Positions 9,318 through 19,500 of a DNA stretch of 64,000 nt are shown one piece after another. This DNA is from a virus. Location of the stretch: IMG/VR virus record IMGVR_UViG_3300007504_000003, positions 32,001-96,000 of that record; one strand, 5' to 3'. Numbering within the stretch: the first letter of the stretch is position 1; each line of letters starts with the position of its first letter. The position numbers were made by a program, and so were the translations under genes. The notes under the pieces were generated by a model that was not told the origin of the DNA, ran no database searches, and saw nothing but the letters and a program-made list of their open reading frames with translations.

Positions 9318-10511
9318 ATGCCCGACAACTTCCAGGTGGACCAGCTTCAGATTGAGCCCGGCAGCGGAGATACTCTGACGGTGAGTCGGGACGCGACCGC
9401 GGGGGCGATGAAGTTTATCGACGCGGTGGAGACTTCAGGGCTCTTGCTCTCTCAGCTCGCGGGTCTCCAAACGATCACTGGCATTCTGATGGTCGGCCGG
9501 GCAGGCTCGGGGGCTCAGTACACCACCATCCAGTCAGCGATCGACGCTGTCTCGGGAGCCACCGCGGCCTCCCCGACGTTGATCCTGATCGGTCCCGGCA
9601 CCTACACCGAGAACCTGACCATTGATGAGGACGGGGTTTGTCTGGTGGGTCTGGGTCGGGTTGTTCTCCAGCCCAGCACCGCAACCAGTCCGACGATCAC
9701 GATTCAGGCGGGGTCCGGAATCCCTCTCTTCACCCTCCTGCGGAACCTTCGGGTGGAGCACACGGGGGACGGGGAGGACTGCGTTTACATCGTGGGTGGG
9801 GCCAGTTCGACCGTCGCCAGCACGGGAGTCTACCTCCACGATTGCGATCTGATTGCCTCCGGGGTCGGGACCTACAACATCCGAGCCTCCGCGGTTAATC
9901 ACATTCGGGTGGTCGGCGGGTCCTGGGAAGGGTCCAGCTCGACAGCGGTCTGCTCGGTTGCTAACTGCGCTTCGTTTCACCTGGAGCGGGTGGCTCGGGT
10001 CATAGACCTCCAGCTCTCCTATGACACCGCGAATTCTCGACCCTCGGTCACGACTTCAGAGTACAAGGTGGTGGGTTGCTCTCAGATAGGAGCCTCGACC
10101 AATGACTTGGACGGGGCAGGGAGCCTCCTTTATGCCGGCTGCCCTTCCGTTGGTGCCATTACGATCGGCGGAGATCGGACCCTGACCCTGGTGGGGTCTC
10201 GGGTGGGGAATCTGGTTCTCAATGAGACGATTGCTTGTACTCGTATCGGAGGAGCCCGGGGGACGCTGACAGGGGATGGAACGATGACGGAGTCCGGGGT
10301 GATGGCTGTGGTGGCTTTTTCTTCGGAGACCTCCAAGGCGGTTCTCTTCGACGCTGACATGCCTGATACCAGCTACGCGGTCCATCTCGATTGGGAGGAT
10401 ACCAGCCTCACAGCAGCGGTGACCTCCCGGGCAACGACGGGGTTCACGATCTCGACAAGTGCTAGCTACACGGGCAACGTGTCCTACACAGTCACAAGGC
10501 AGATGACATGA
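9318..10511 (+). CDS. tail spike/fibre-like protein with parallel beta-helix
   Basis: YTTIQSAIDA...ILIGPGTYTENLTI pectin-lyase-like entry motif. Confidence 0.65.
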   Translation: MPDNFQVDQLQIEPGSGDTLTVSRDATAGAMKFIDAVETSGLLLSQLAGLQTITGILMVGRAGSGAQYTTIQSAIDAVSGATAASPTLILIGPGTYTENLTIDEDGVCLVGLGRVVLQPSTATSPTITIQAGSGIPLFTLLRNLRVEHTGDGEDCVYIVGGASSTVASTGVYLHDCDLIASGVGTYNIRASAVNHIRVVGGSWEGSSSTAVCSVANCASFHLERVARVIDLQLSYDTANSRPSVTTSEYKVVGCSQIGASTNDLDGAGSLLYAGCPSVGAITIGGDRTLTLVGSRVGNLVLNETIACTRIGGARGTLTGDGTMTESGVMAVVAFSSETSKAVLFDADMPDTSYAVHLDWEDTSLTAAVTSRATTGFTISTSASYTGNVSYTVTRQMT

Positions 10512-10636
10512 TGAGAGAGGCCCGGGTCGCGTCCCGTTGGCTTACAGCTTCCCTGACCTTTCAGGAGTTGGCGGCGGGGGTCATCGAGTTGACCCAACGG
10601 GGCCGTAAAATGAGACTACTCCAGCCCCGTCGTTGA
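10508..10636 (+). CDS. 42-aa micro-ORF carrying RVASRWL (absent from supplied track)
   Basis: MMREARVASRWLTASLTFQELAAGVIELTQRGRKMRLLQPRR; ATGA overlap with the upstream stop; fills the gap before thioredoxin. Confidence 0.55.
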   Translation: MMREARVASRWLTASLTFQELAAGVIELTQRGRKMRLLQPRR

Positions 10637-10649
10637 GTAGGGTCAAGGC

Positions 10650-11036
10650 ATGGCCGAGGTTCCCTACACTAGTTTCGATGAGTTCACGGGGGACGTGTTG
10701 GACTCTGATGTACCTGTCATGGTCCAGTTCACGGCTTCCTGGTGCGGTCCCTGCAAGGCGATGGAGCCTTCACTGATCCAGATCCATGATGTTCTGGTGG
10801 CCTCAAAGACGGGTCGGGTGGTGAAGGTAGATGTTGAACAGGACATGGAGCTGGCTGAGCAGTTTGAGGTCCGGACGGTGCCTACATTCATCCTCTTCTG
10901 GGATGGCGATCCCGTTGATCGTTCTATCGGTGCCGTGGGGATGCAGGGCATCGTAAATCTCTTCACCCGGAATTCTTCCCATGCAGAAGCCCCTGAGTCC
11001 TCTTCAGAGACAGGTGATTCGTCTGGGGCAGGTTGA
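10650..11036 (+). CDS. thioredoxin
   Basis: WCGPC active site, KVDVE, VRTVPTFI. Confidence 0.92.
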   Translation: MAEVPYTSFDEFTGDVLDSDVPVMVQFTASWCGPCKAMEPSLIQIHDVLVASKTGRVVKVDVEQDMELAEQFEVRTVPTFILFWDGDPVDRSIGAVGMQGIVNLFTRNSSHAEAPESSSETGDSSGAG

Positions 11037-11259
11037 GCCTGAGCTGAGATCTGGACTTCTTCAGCTATTGAAAGAGGCTGGGTACAAGGGCAACCCGGAT
11101 GGGAAAGATATCTACCCGAATGAGATAGACCATGGTTACGACCAGCCCCTCGCTGGGGGGACGGACGTAATGAAGCGGCTTCAGGACCGCCTGCTCCACG
11201 AGCAGGGTCGTCCTCCTCGGGACAAGAACCCGGTGCTCAAGGGAGCCTCGAATGAATGA
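10981..11259 (+). CDS. small protein with IRL..PELR..LL tag
   Basis: LQRQVIRLGQVEPELRSGLLQLLKEAG. Confidence 0.6.
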   Translation: MQKPLSPLQRQVIRLGQVEPELRSGLLQLLKEAGYKGNPDGKDIYPNEIDHGYDQPLAGGTDVMKRLQDRLLHEQGRPPRDKNPVLKGASNE

Positions 11260-11887
11260 CGATTTCTGGAAGAGCCTCATGGGCAGCGAGTTCGGTGAGC
11301 GGGATGCTTTCGGCGGTTTCCTTGAGGACGAACCTGTGCCTGAAGCGGGTCTGGAGGCCCTATTCCCTCAGGGAACCCAAGGCGGCCCCCCTGAGGTCAA
11401 CTACTTCAGCGATCACGAGGTAGGTGGGGATTACTTCAGCCAAGTGGTCAACCTGACCGACAAGCTGAAGGAGGCCAACGCGGTCCCGGAGCACCCCCCA
11501 GCGGGGACCCGGGTGCGGTTCAAGGTCAACCTGGGCTCCGTGCTCACCTACGACGATGTGCCCGAAGGAGAGTCCATCGGTGAGGTGGTCACGGTTCGGA
11601 CGGCGGCGGGTGATTTGACGGAGTACAACGGTCTCGTCTTCACCCTCTGGCCTGATGGCAAGGTTCGTCCAATCGCCGCGAATCACTTGTGGTTGGAAGA
11701 GGTCCCTTCGCCCCCGGCTGCGACCAAGCGAGTCGCCAACCTGGGTGATCTCAACGGGTTCCTTCGGGTCGCCGCGGACACCCTGATCAACAAAGCGACG
11801 CGGGATCTCTGGTCTGTCCGGAAGGACGGGAAGGACTTCGTGATCGAGCGTCTCTTCCGCGATGATGGAAACCCCCTGAAGGCTTAG
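11252..11887 (+). CDS. hypothetical protein (SH3-like central region)
   Basis: GTRVRFKVN...IGEVVTV...VFTLWPDG; operon overlap. Confidence 0.6.
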   Translation: MNDDFWKSLMGSEFGERDAFGGFLEDEPVPEAGLEALFPQGTQGGPPEVNYFSDHEVGGDYFSQVVNLTDKLKEANAVPEHPPAGTRVRFKVNLGSVLTYDDVPEGESIGEVVTVRTAAGDLTEYNGLVFTLWPDGKVRPIAANHLWLEEVPSPPAATKRVANLGDLNGFLRVAADTLINKATRDLWSVRKDGKDFVIERLFRDDGNPLKA

Positions 11888-11896
11888 GATTTAGAC

Positions 11897-12115
11897 ATGT
11901 CCTCTCGACCTGACACGACCCTCTGGGATGTAGCCCAGCTCAACGCTGGGAAATCCGCAGACGCCCGGCCTTTCAGTGGTTCTCACAGCAACCGAAGGGT
12001 TGCTTCCGAGGTGGCTCTTCGTCGGAAGGCGATTCGGCTTGCTTCCGTGACGGAGAACCCGGAGCTGAAGACGGCTCTCCTGGGGGAGCTGAGGAAGGAT
12101 ATTCGTCGAGCATGA
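11897..12115 (+). CDS. small protein with IRLA..PEL..LL tag
   Basis: LRRKAIRLASVTENPELKTALLGELRK. Confidence 0.6.
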   Translation: MSSRPDTTLWDVAQLNAGKSADARPFSGSHSNRRVASEVALRRKAIRLASVTENPELKTALLGELRKDIRRA

Positions 12116-12357
12116 GTCTACGAGACCTCATCAATCAAGATACCTCCCTGGCTCCATTTACGGGGTCCAGTGCTCCTCCTGGTTTGACGGAGGAGGAGTT
12201 TCTTGCTCGTCAAGCTTCGGATTCCCAGCACATGACGATGAGTGAGTTGAAGGAGAGCCTGGGCCACCCGGGTCGGGTTGAAAAGGTGGCGGATACGGAG
12301 CGGGGACCCTTTACGGGAGCCTTGGTATATCGGGGGCCTCCTCTCACGACTCGGTGA
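12112..12357 (+). CDS. hypothetical protein
   Basis: ATGA overlap with the previous gene. Confidence 0.55.
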   Translation: MSLRDLINQDTSLAPFTGSSAPPGLTEEEFLARQASDSQHMTMSELKESLGHPGRVEKVADTERGPFTGALVYRGPPLTTR

Positions 12358-12401
12358 GGAGCCTATACCTCTGGTGGAGTTGAGACCTCAGGAGACTCCC
12401 C

Positions 12402-13022
12402 TTGACCCCCTCAGCTTCCCGAGTAGCTGACCGTTACTTGAAAGCGAAGGCCCGTTCCCGCACCGCGGGCGAGGTCATTTTCAAGAAGGACCGGAGCGGC
12501 GACCGCAACGAGTGGGCCTGGAATGATCACGCTCCCTCTGCTCGGGAGATGGACGAGGGGTTTGTGTTCGACCCCCGCCAGCTCAAGCCCCTCGCCCAGG
12601 TGCTTCGGTCTACCCTGGCTGGTTTGGGCCATGTCTCCAGTGCTCACCAGAATTTTCTCAAGGTCAAGAGCGCGAGGGTGAGCCCAGATGGGAACCTCGG
12701 AGGACGGGGTTACATCCAGAAGATCGCGGACATGCGGCGGGGGTTCATGAACGTCTGCGAGGCCCTGTCTGCGTTATCCGATACCCTCTATGATGAGATC
12801 AACGCCCCTCATTGGAACCCTGAGGCAGCCGTGGACAAGCGGGAGCGGGAAGAGGTTCAGGATATCGTGGACGACGCTGAAGAGATTCGTCGGGACCCGG
12901 AAGGTTGGGCGAAAGAGGAAGAGGCGGAGATGGACGCCGAGCATGACAAGATGGCTTCTTCTGAGCGGGTACAGATGAGGAATCGGGTCGCTCACCGTTC
13001 CTTGTCCCGGAGGATTGGCTGA
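12402..13022 (+). CDS. hypothetical protein with N-terminal RVADRYL tag
   Basis: GGAG RBS, TTG start; tag at 12420-12440. Confidence 0.65.
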   Translation: MTPSASRVADRYLKAKARSRTAGEVIFKKDRSGDRNEWAWNDHAPSAREMDEGFVFDPRQLKPLAQVLRSTLAGLGHVSSAHQNFLKVKSARVSPDGNLGGRGYIQKIADMRRGFMNVCEALSALSDTLYDEINAPHWNPEAAVDKREREEVQDIVDDAEEIRRDPEGWAKEEEAEMDAEHDKMASSERVQMRNRVAHRSLSRRIG

Positions 13023-15211
13023 TGAGTGTTGATAAGCATTTCCCGGATGACGTCCTCCTTGGCTCTGAGGATCCCATTCTTGACCTGGACGTAGATCCGG
13101 GTCAGATGAGCAACCTCTCCGCCGCCCTCTGGGGCGAGGACCCGGAGACGCCCCTGGAGGCGTCGCCTGGGATGTTCCAAGATGACAGCGGGGTCGCGGA
13201 TCTCGGGCGTCTGATGGAGAGTTCTGTTCAGGATTTGTCCTGGTTGAAAATCTCCGAGCAGGACGCTGAGCGTCTCCCTGAGAACACGGAGACCGGGACG
13301 GTCATCCCTGAGCTGGAAGAAGCGTGGGGCCAGCATGTGCAGGCTGACGCTCGTTATCCTGCCCTGGACCGGGAGAAGATTGCTTACGAGCGGAGTCAGG
13401 ACCGGCCCGTTCCCGAGAAGCACAAGTCGGCCTCGGACCTCCGGTGGGTGGTTCAGAGGGCGATGCGGCGATCGGCTCGGGGAGAGCCCCTCCAGGCTCT
13501 CCTTCAGGAGGCCCGTCAGGCGGCTGGTCGCAGTGCTCCTCGGGTCGCGAAAGCTCTCGCATGGGTCAAGGAAGATCATGGGCTCGCCGGTCGGGTCTTC
13601 CTTCGGGCTGAAGCGTACCCGGGTTGTGCCAAGGGCAAGTGGAAGTCCGAGCTACCGAAGATTGGACGGGGTGCCCGCTATCTGGTGAGCAAGCAGGGTT
13701 GCGGTGGTTGTGTCCACAACCGCGGTGGGTCTTGTTCCGTCTTTGCTCGGAAGCTTGTGGCGACGGTTCCCTGGGAAGAGGCTCAGGAAATCTATCAGCC
13801 ATTGCTTGAGGCCACGGGTCGGCAGGTAGCTGCCGACGCTACGCCTCGGCTCGCTCTGAAGATGGCATTTACGGCTCCCCAGGCCGACGTGAGAGCCGCG
13901 GGGGACCATCTCCCGACCCATACGGCACCTAGCCAGCGAGTCACGGCTGAGGAGGCTGTCAGGGCCTTCCAAGAGACTCCTCGGGAGCCTGCCCGAGCGT
14001 TGGACAACCGGGAAGCGGAGCTGTCCGTTGTCCGCCGGAAGGCCCAGCTCAAGATCGCAGGGTGGGTCAAGTCCGGGCTGTTGACTCGGGAGGCGGGATC
14101 TCAGATTGTCCGATCGGACCTCTCTCCCGGAGAGATGCTCCGTCGGGCAGCGACGCAGATTACCCGCCCCCTCCCTCCTGAGGCGTACTCCGGAGTCTCG
14201 AATGATGTGCGGCCTACACCGGCTAGCCCTGAACATGCCCGGGAAGCGATGGCGGAGGCCGCCAAGACCCCGGGCCCGGCTCCCGTGGATATCTCTCACC
14301 GAGAGCCAGCGGCTCGTCGGAAGCAGGCCCACCGTCAGCTCCTCGCGTGGCATCGGAAGGAGTGGTTGACCCGGGAAGACTGCCGGCGTCTGGTTCAATC
14401 CCAGGCGGATCCCCGCCTTGTCTTGAAGGCAGCGGCGACCTTGATCACTCGTCAGACCGGGTCGAACCCCTACACAGGTCAGCCCAACGAGAGGACGATC
14501 AAGCTGGCGACTCCGGAGCAGGTCTGGGCCTCGCTCAAGAAGGCGGCGGAAGGTCGTAAGGAGGTCCAGTCTCAGGTGGATGCTACCGTAGCCGTCCGGG
14601 AGCATCAGGCGACTCGGGAGTATCGCCTGAGTCAGGATCTCCAGCGACGAGCTGATCTGGTTCGTAACGCCATGCGACGGGGTCTGAAGGGCAAGGCCCT
14701 TCGGAACCATATCGCTCGGGTTGTTCCGAGGGAGCACGCCAAGGAAATCCTCGGCAGCCTGGGGCCAGATCTGCAAGCTGCTCTACAGTCGGCCCCGCCG
14801 AAGCGCCGGTCGTATGACGGAGTCCGCTATGAGGCGGCTCCCGGGGCGGGTAAGAAGGCCAAGGTAGCGAGTGCTCGGGAGGTCCGCGATTGCGTTCAGT
14901 GGACCCGCCGGCAGCTTCACTATGGGCTCTACGGGACTCGCCTCAAGCAAGGTCTACGGTCTCGGTTCGCCGCTCATGTCATCGGGGCGGCGATGCCTGC
15001 CCTCCGTGATCTGATTCAGGCTGAAGGTATCAAGGCTCGACAGAAGGCAGCGAAGAAGAAGGCTGAGCTGGAAGTGGTCCTTTCAGGGCCGGGATATGAC
15101 CCTGATGAATTCAAGTTGGGTCGCGAGGCAGAGTTGGAGCACATCAACTTCAACCAGTCTGAAGACCACGATCCCATTCAGGACATTCAGTTCGGTGGGA
15201 TGCTCTGGTGA
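13022..15211 (+). CDS. large basic protein with Cys cluster and about 94-aa internal duplication
   Basis: CAKG...CGGCVHNRGGSC; repeated units start near 14033 and 14315. Confidence 0.65.
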   Translation: MSVDKHFPDDVLLGSEDPILDLDVDPGQMSNLSAALWGEDPETPLEASPGMFQDDSGVADLGRLMESSVQDLSWLKISEQDAERLPENTETGTVIPELEEAWGQHVQADARYPALDREKIAYERSQDRPVPEKHKSASDLRWVVQRAMRRSARGEPLQALLQEARQAAGRSAPRVAKALAWVKEDHGLAGRVFLRAEAYPGCAKGKWKSELPKIGRGARYLVSKQGCGGCVHNRGGSCSVFARKLVATVPWEEAQEIYQPLLEATGRQVAADATPRLALKMAFTAPQADVRAAGDHLPTHTAPSQRVTAEEAVRAFQETPREPARALDNREAELSVVRRKAQLKIAGWVKSGLLTREAGSQIVRSDLSPGEMLRRAATQITRPLPPEAYSGVSNDVRPTPASPEHAREAMAEAAKTPGPAPVDISHREPAARRKQAHRQLLAWHRKEWLTREDCRRLVQSQADPRLVLKAAATLITRQTGSNPYTGQPNERTIKLATPEQVWASLKKAAEGRKEVQSQVDATVAVREHQATREYRLSQDLQRRADLVRNAMRRGLKGKALRNHIARVVPREHAKEILGSLGPDLQAALQSAPPKRRSYDGVRYEAAPGAGKKAKVASAREVRDCVQWTRRQLHYGLYGTRLKQGLRSRFAAHVIGAAMPALRDLIQAEGIKARQKAAKKKAELEVVLSGPGYDPDEFKLGREAELEHINFNQSEDHDPIQDIQFGGMLW

Positions 15212-15230
15212 AGTAACGGAGCAAACTCCA

Positions 15231-15243
15231 ATAGATTCCCTAT
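15231..15243 (+). promoter_or_regulatory. putative late promoter motif TA-N6-YTAT
   Basis: ATAGATTCCCTAT upstream of 15273. Confidence 0.5.
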
Positions 15244-15272
15244 GGAAAACGGGGGATCAGGAGTGCTCGCTC

Positions 15273-15842
15273 ATGAAGCTCGTCACTGGTCAGAAGCCCT
15301 TTACCATCCTGGTCGCCAATCTCAGGCAGGGGTCGGACCCGAGCCGCGGGTCCGTTGGGAACCCGGAGAAGGTGCGGACAGGGTTCACGATTCAGCATCT
15401 ACCCCAGGTCAGCCGTGGAGGGGATGGTCTCGCGAGGTCCAATCGCGGGACCACACCGGGGGTCACCACACAGCAGGGCCTCCTGTCTGGTGACCCTGCT
15501 GGAGCTACCGCGACGATTACCGTGGACGACAATGATTTCACGGACAAGGCGTTCTTGTTCATCGGCCCTTATGTCCTCACCTCGGGTGAGGATTTCACGG
15601 TTGGGGGGAGCACGGGAGCGACGGCGACGGCAATCGCTACTGCGATCGGAGCCCTCCCAGGAATCACGGCGAGCCCCTCAGGTTCAGATGTGAACATCAC
15701 AGTTCGGGGAGGTCCCGCGGGGGACCGGGTACGGTTTGATGTTCTCTTCGCCGGGTCAGTGACCAACTACACCCTGGCTCCTGCGAATGGCTACTGCTCG
15801 GGAGGCTCGCCGTCTCTCGGGGCCCCAACCCTTCTGCCCTGA
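15273..15842 (+). CDS. virion structural-like protein
   Basis: Gly/Thr-rich; DFTVGGSTGATATAIATAI pattern; ATG 15273 follows AGGAG. Confidence 0.55.
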   Translation: MKLVTGQKPFTILVANLRQGSDPSRGSVGNPEKVRTGFTIQHLPQVSRGGDGLARSNRGTTPGVTTQQGLLSGDPAGATATITVDDNDFTDKAFLFIGPYVLTSGEDFTVGGSTGATATAIATAIGALPGITASPSGSDVNITVRGGPAGDRVRFDVLFAGSVTNYTLAPANGYCSGGSPSLGAPTLLP

Positions 15843-15851
15843 AGGTAATTG

Positions 15852-16502
15852 ATGCCGAACCCTTCCCTGAACCAGATTCTTGCTAACCTGCCCGCAGGGA
15901 CTCAACGGGTGCAGGTGGTAGACGCCTCTGGGAAGACGAAGTGGAGGGCTCCAGATCAGGTCCGGAAGTCGGACGTGATTGCGATGAAAGGAGGAGCCCC
16001 CGTAGTCATGCGCGGTGCTCCTGGCCGCCCCGCTCGGGTGGAGTTGCCCCCCGCCTCGGACGAGGTCGGAGAGGTATGTCGGCAGAAGAAGGAGGCGATT
16101 CGGGATGACGATCTGCGGGGCAAATTGGCCCGGGACCCCAACCAGGATGTGCTCCCGGTAATCATGCAGGGGATCGCGGAAGAGGCCGCGAGTCTGAAGT
16201 TTGAGCGAGAGGAAGCAGAGCGGCAGGGGGAGCAGACCGCGATGATCTCTTCCCGGCGAGTCCGAGCCCTTACAGCTCTCGGGGATGCCTGGGTCAAGAG
16301 GATGGAGAGGACGGCGACAATCGATCTGGAGGGGGACCAGTTCAAGCTCCTCTTCCGATTCGTTTTGGAGACTTTCCGCGCGGTTTTGGAGGACTCCGGG
16401 GTTCGCCCCGAGCTGGTGGAGACCATCTTCACGAGGATGGGTGAGAAGCTCGACGACGCTTGGAAGGCCGAAGCCCGAGCTAAGATGCGAGGGAAGTCGT
16501 GA
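15852..16502 (+). CDS. probable terminase small subunit
   Basis: Directly upstream of and overlapping TerL; about 216 aa, helical. Confidence 0.45.
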   Translation: MPNPSLNQILANLPAGTQRVQVVDASGKTKWRAPDQVRKSDVIAMKGGAPVVMRGAPGRPARVELPPASDEVGEVCRQKKEAIRDDDLRGKLARDPNQDVLPVIMQGIAEEAASLKFEREEAERQGEQTAMISSRRVRALTALGDAWVKRMERTATIDLEGDQFKLLFRFVLETFRAVLEDSGVRPELVETIFTRMGEKLDDAWKAEARAKMRGKS

Positions 16503-19500
16503 GCCTCGCAGATCTCGCGAGGAATGTCGGGAGGACCACGACCACTCAGGGTCGTGAGGTCGCTGATATCATCACGTTCATCGAGGCTCCCTGGGGCCTC
16601 GACTTCAAGCTGTTCCCCGTTCAGCGGGTCATCCTCAAGGTCCACTACGGACTCGCTCTGGACGATAACGAGTTCGACTATCCGCTAGACGCCCCGGTCC
16701 CGGAAGACCACCCCCATTATGACCCGGAGGTGTTGGACCACGACGGGTACTACAAGCATCGACTCGTCATCTCGGACTGGCAGAGGAAGAACTACCAATA
16801 TCTGACGGAGGCGGGATATCTCCGCTACCTCCACGATGACGGTAGGTGCAATGTCCGAGAGGTCGTCCCCGGGCATGAACGTAGGGAGATGATCCTAAGT
16901 GTCGGAAGACGCTCAGGAAAGTGCTTGAAAGCCGGGTCTCTGGTCCTGACCTCAAAGGGAGTTCTTCCAATCGAGTCTTTGGGAGATCCCGAAGGCCCTG
17001 AACACCAACCCTGTCGGATTACAGTAGCTCAAGAGGGCAGGCAGACCACGGCAGAGTCAGCGTACTTCTATAACGGTGGTGTTCGTGAAATCCGAGACCT
17101 GAAGACCTACTGTGGATTCAGGCTTGGAGGCACACCCAACCATCGCATCAAAGTAATGAGCCCGGAAGGCTTTGTCGTCTGGAAGTACCTGGGGGATGTT
17201 GAAGAGGGCGATTTCGTTGCGATTCATCGAGGGACAAACCTGTGGCCGCAGGAGTATCTCGATGTTTCCCCCTACTGGTCTGACCTGGGTAGGAAAGACC
17301 TGTCTCTCCCGACACATCTGACTGAGGAATGGGGGCTTTTGCTTGGGGCTCTTGTGGGGGATGGCTCTTGGACTCGGGACCGGGTGGTTGAGCTGACAGT
17401 GGCTTGCCCAGAGTTTCGGGTCGAGATGAAGGCCCTGTGGACAAGGCTGTTCGGGGGGTTCAAGGAACAGGGTGTTGGGCACTCCCCGAAGACGACCAGA
17501 ATTCAGTTTCATAGCTTGGGGGCTCGACAGTTCCTCCACGACCTCGGGTGGGTCTACGACGCAGATCGTCGCTCCAAGATGGTCCCCTGGTCTGTCATGC
17601 AGTCTACGGCTCCTGTCGTTCGGGCTTTCCTCCGAGGTCTATTTGAGACTGATGGCGGGATGGAGTCCAACGGGAAGGTGGTCTCTTTCTGCTCCGCCAG
17701 CGAGCGTCTTGCCCATGAGGTTCAGACCCTCTTGCTGAACCTGGGGATCGTGAGTCGAATCCGGGCCAAGTGGAATAAGACCTATGAGCGGAACTATTAC
17801 ATCCTCATTGTCCGAGGGCTCCGGCATAGGCAGATGTTTGCGGAGCGAGTGGGATTCGTATCCCGACGCAAGATGGAGCCTCTCTGGGCGGGTCTGAAGT
17901 CTTCCAGTCGAGAGGGTGGGAATTCGGAGTCCATTCCATACCTCCGTGAATGGGGCTCAAAGCTGTTAGCCTCAGTCCCGACCAGTAAGCCGGGACAAGG
18001 GTGGTCGCGGTCTGACCTGCGGGGGGTGATGGGGAACACCATCAAGCCCAGCTCGACAGAGCAGATGACCTATCCGCGTCTGGAGAAGACGTTGGCAGAA
18101 GCTCGGCGGCTGGGGGCTGACCAGGAAATCGTCCAACACCTCCAGGAGATTTACGACCTCGACTATTTTTTCGACCCTGTGGTCTCGGTTGAGCAGGGTG
18201 AGGAAGCGGTCTACGACCTAAATGTCCCTCAGGGGTCCATGTTCGTTGCCAATGGGATGACGAACCACAACACGACAATATCTGCCTGCATCGCAGCTTA
18301 TGAGACCTACAAGCTGCTTTTGAAGGGGGACCCTCACCGGTACTACGGGCTGCCTCACTCCAACGTCATCCAGCTTATCAGCGTCGCGACGGATAAGGAT
18401 CAGGCGGGGCTCTTGTACCGTGAGGTCGCCGGGCACTTCAAGTCCTGTGACTTTTTCTCGCCGTACATGGCGAACAACACCATGTCATACGCGAACTTCC
18501 AGACGCCGTATGATATCGACCAGTATGGGAGCTACGCGGACGATCCCAAGGCCCGCTCCAGCATCAAGATCACGTTCCGCTCTTGCGTGGCGAAGGGGCT
18601 GCGAGGAGCAGGTAATATCCTGGTCATTCTGGATGAGGTGGCTCACTTCACGGACGCGGGCCAGTCCGGCGCGGACGAAGTCTATCAGGCGGTGACCCCC
18701 TCTACTTCTGCTTACTCCCCGAAGGACCCGGCGGATAAGCGGCTCCCGATTGGAGAGGTGGAAGGTCGGATTATTCTGATCAGCTCTCCTCTCGGTAAGA
18801 CCGGGCTGTTCTATGATCAGTACACCCTGGGGTTCCAGCCTGGACCCTCGGAGAACATGATCTGCGTTCAGGCTCCCACCTGGGAGGTGAACCCGACAAT
18901 CCCGGCTCATGAGTTTGAGAAGCACTACCTGAAGGACGTCCGGGTCTTCTTCACGGAGTACGGGGCGGTCTTCAGTGACCGGACACGAGGCTGGATTGAG
19001 AACGAGGACGACCTTCTTGCCTGCATAGACCCCGCCCGCAGGCCCAGGTTCCGAGGTCGGAGCCGGTTCCCGCATTACCTGGGCTTCGACTTCGCGATGG
19101 TGGGCGACGCCTCCGCTGTCGCTATCGGCCATGTCGAAGATCGAAACGTCGTCGTGGATTTTGTGGACTCGATCCAGGCAGGAGAGGGTCAATACGCGGA
19201 CGTGGATCGTCTTCGGATGGAGTGGGTCGCGGATTGGTTGAAGGATCTGAGTCAGCGGTTCTACCTCGTCAACGGGATGTTTGACCAGTGGGCTGGGCTC
19301 CCGTTGGAGCAAGCTCTGGAAGACCGGGGCCTGACTCAAATCAGGGCGGAGCACTTCACGGCTCCGTTGTCCTCTCGGATCTACCGCAACTTCTACAACA
19401 TGATGCAGGAGCGGAGGGTTGTCCTCTATGACTGGCCTCGCCCCGTAGATGAGCATGGGATTGAGCAGCACTGCCCTTATATCGCGGAGATGCTGACTCT

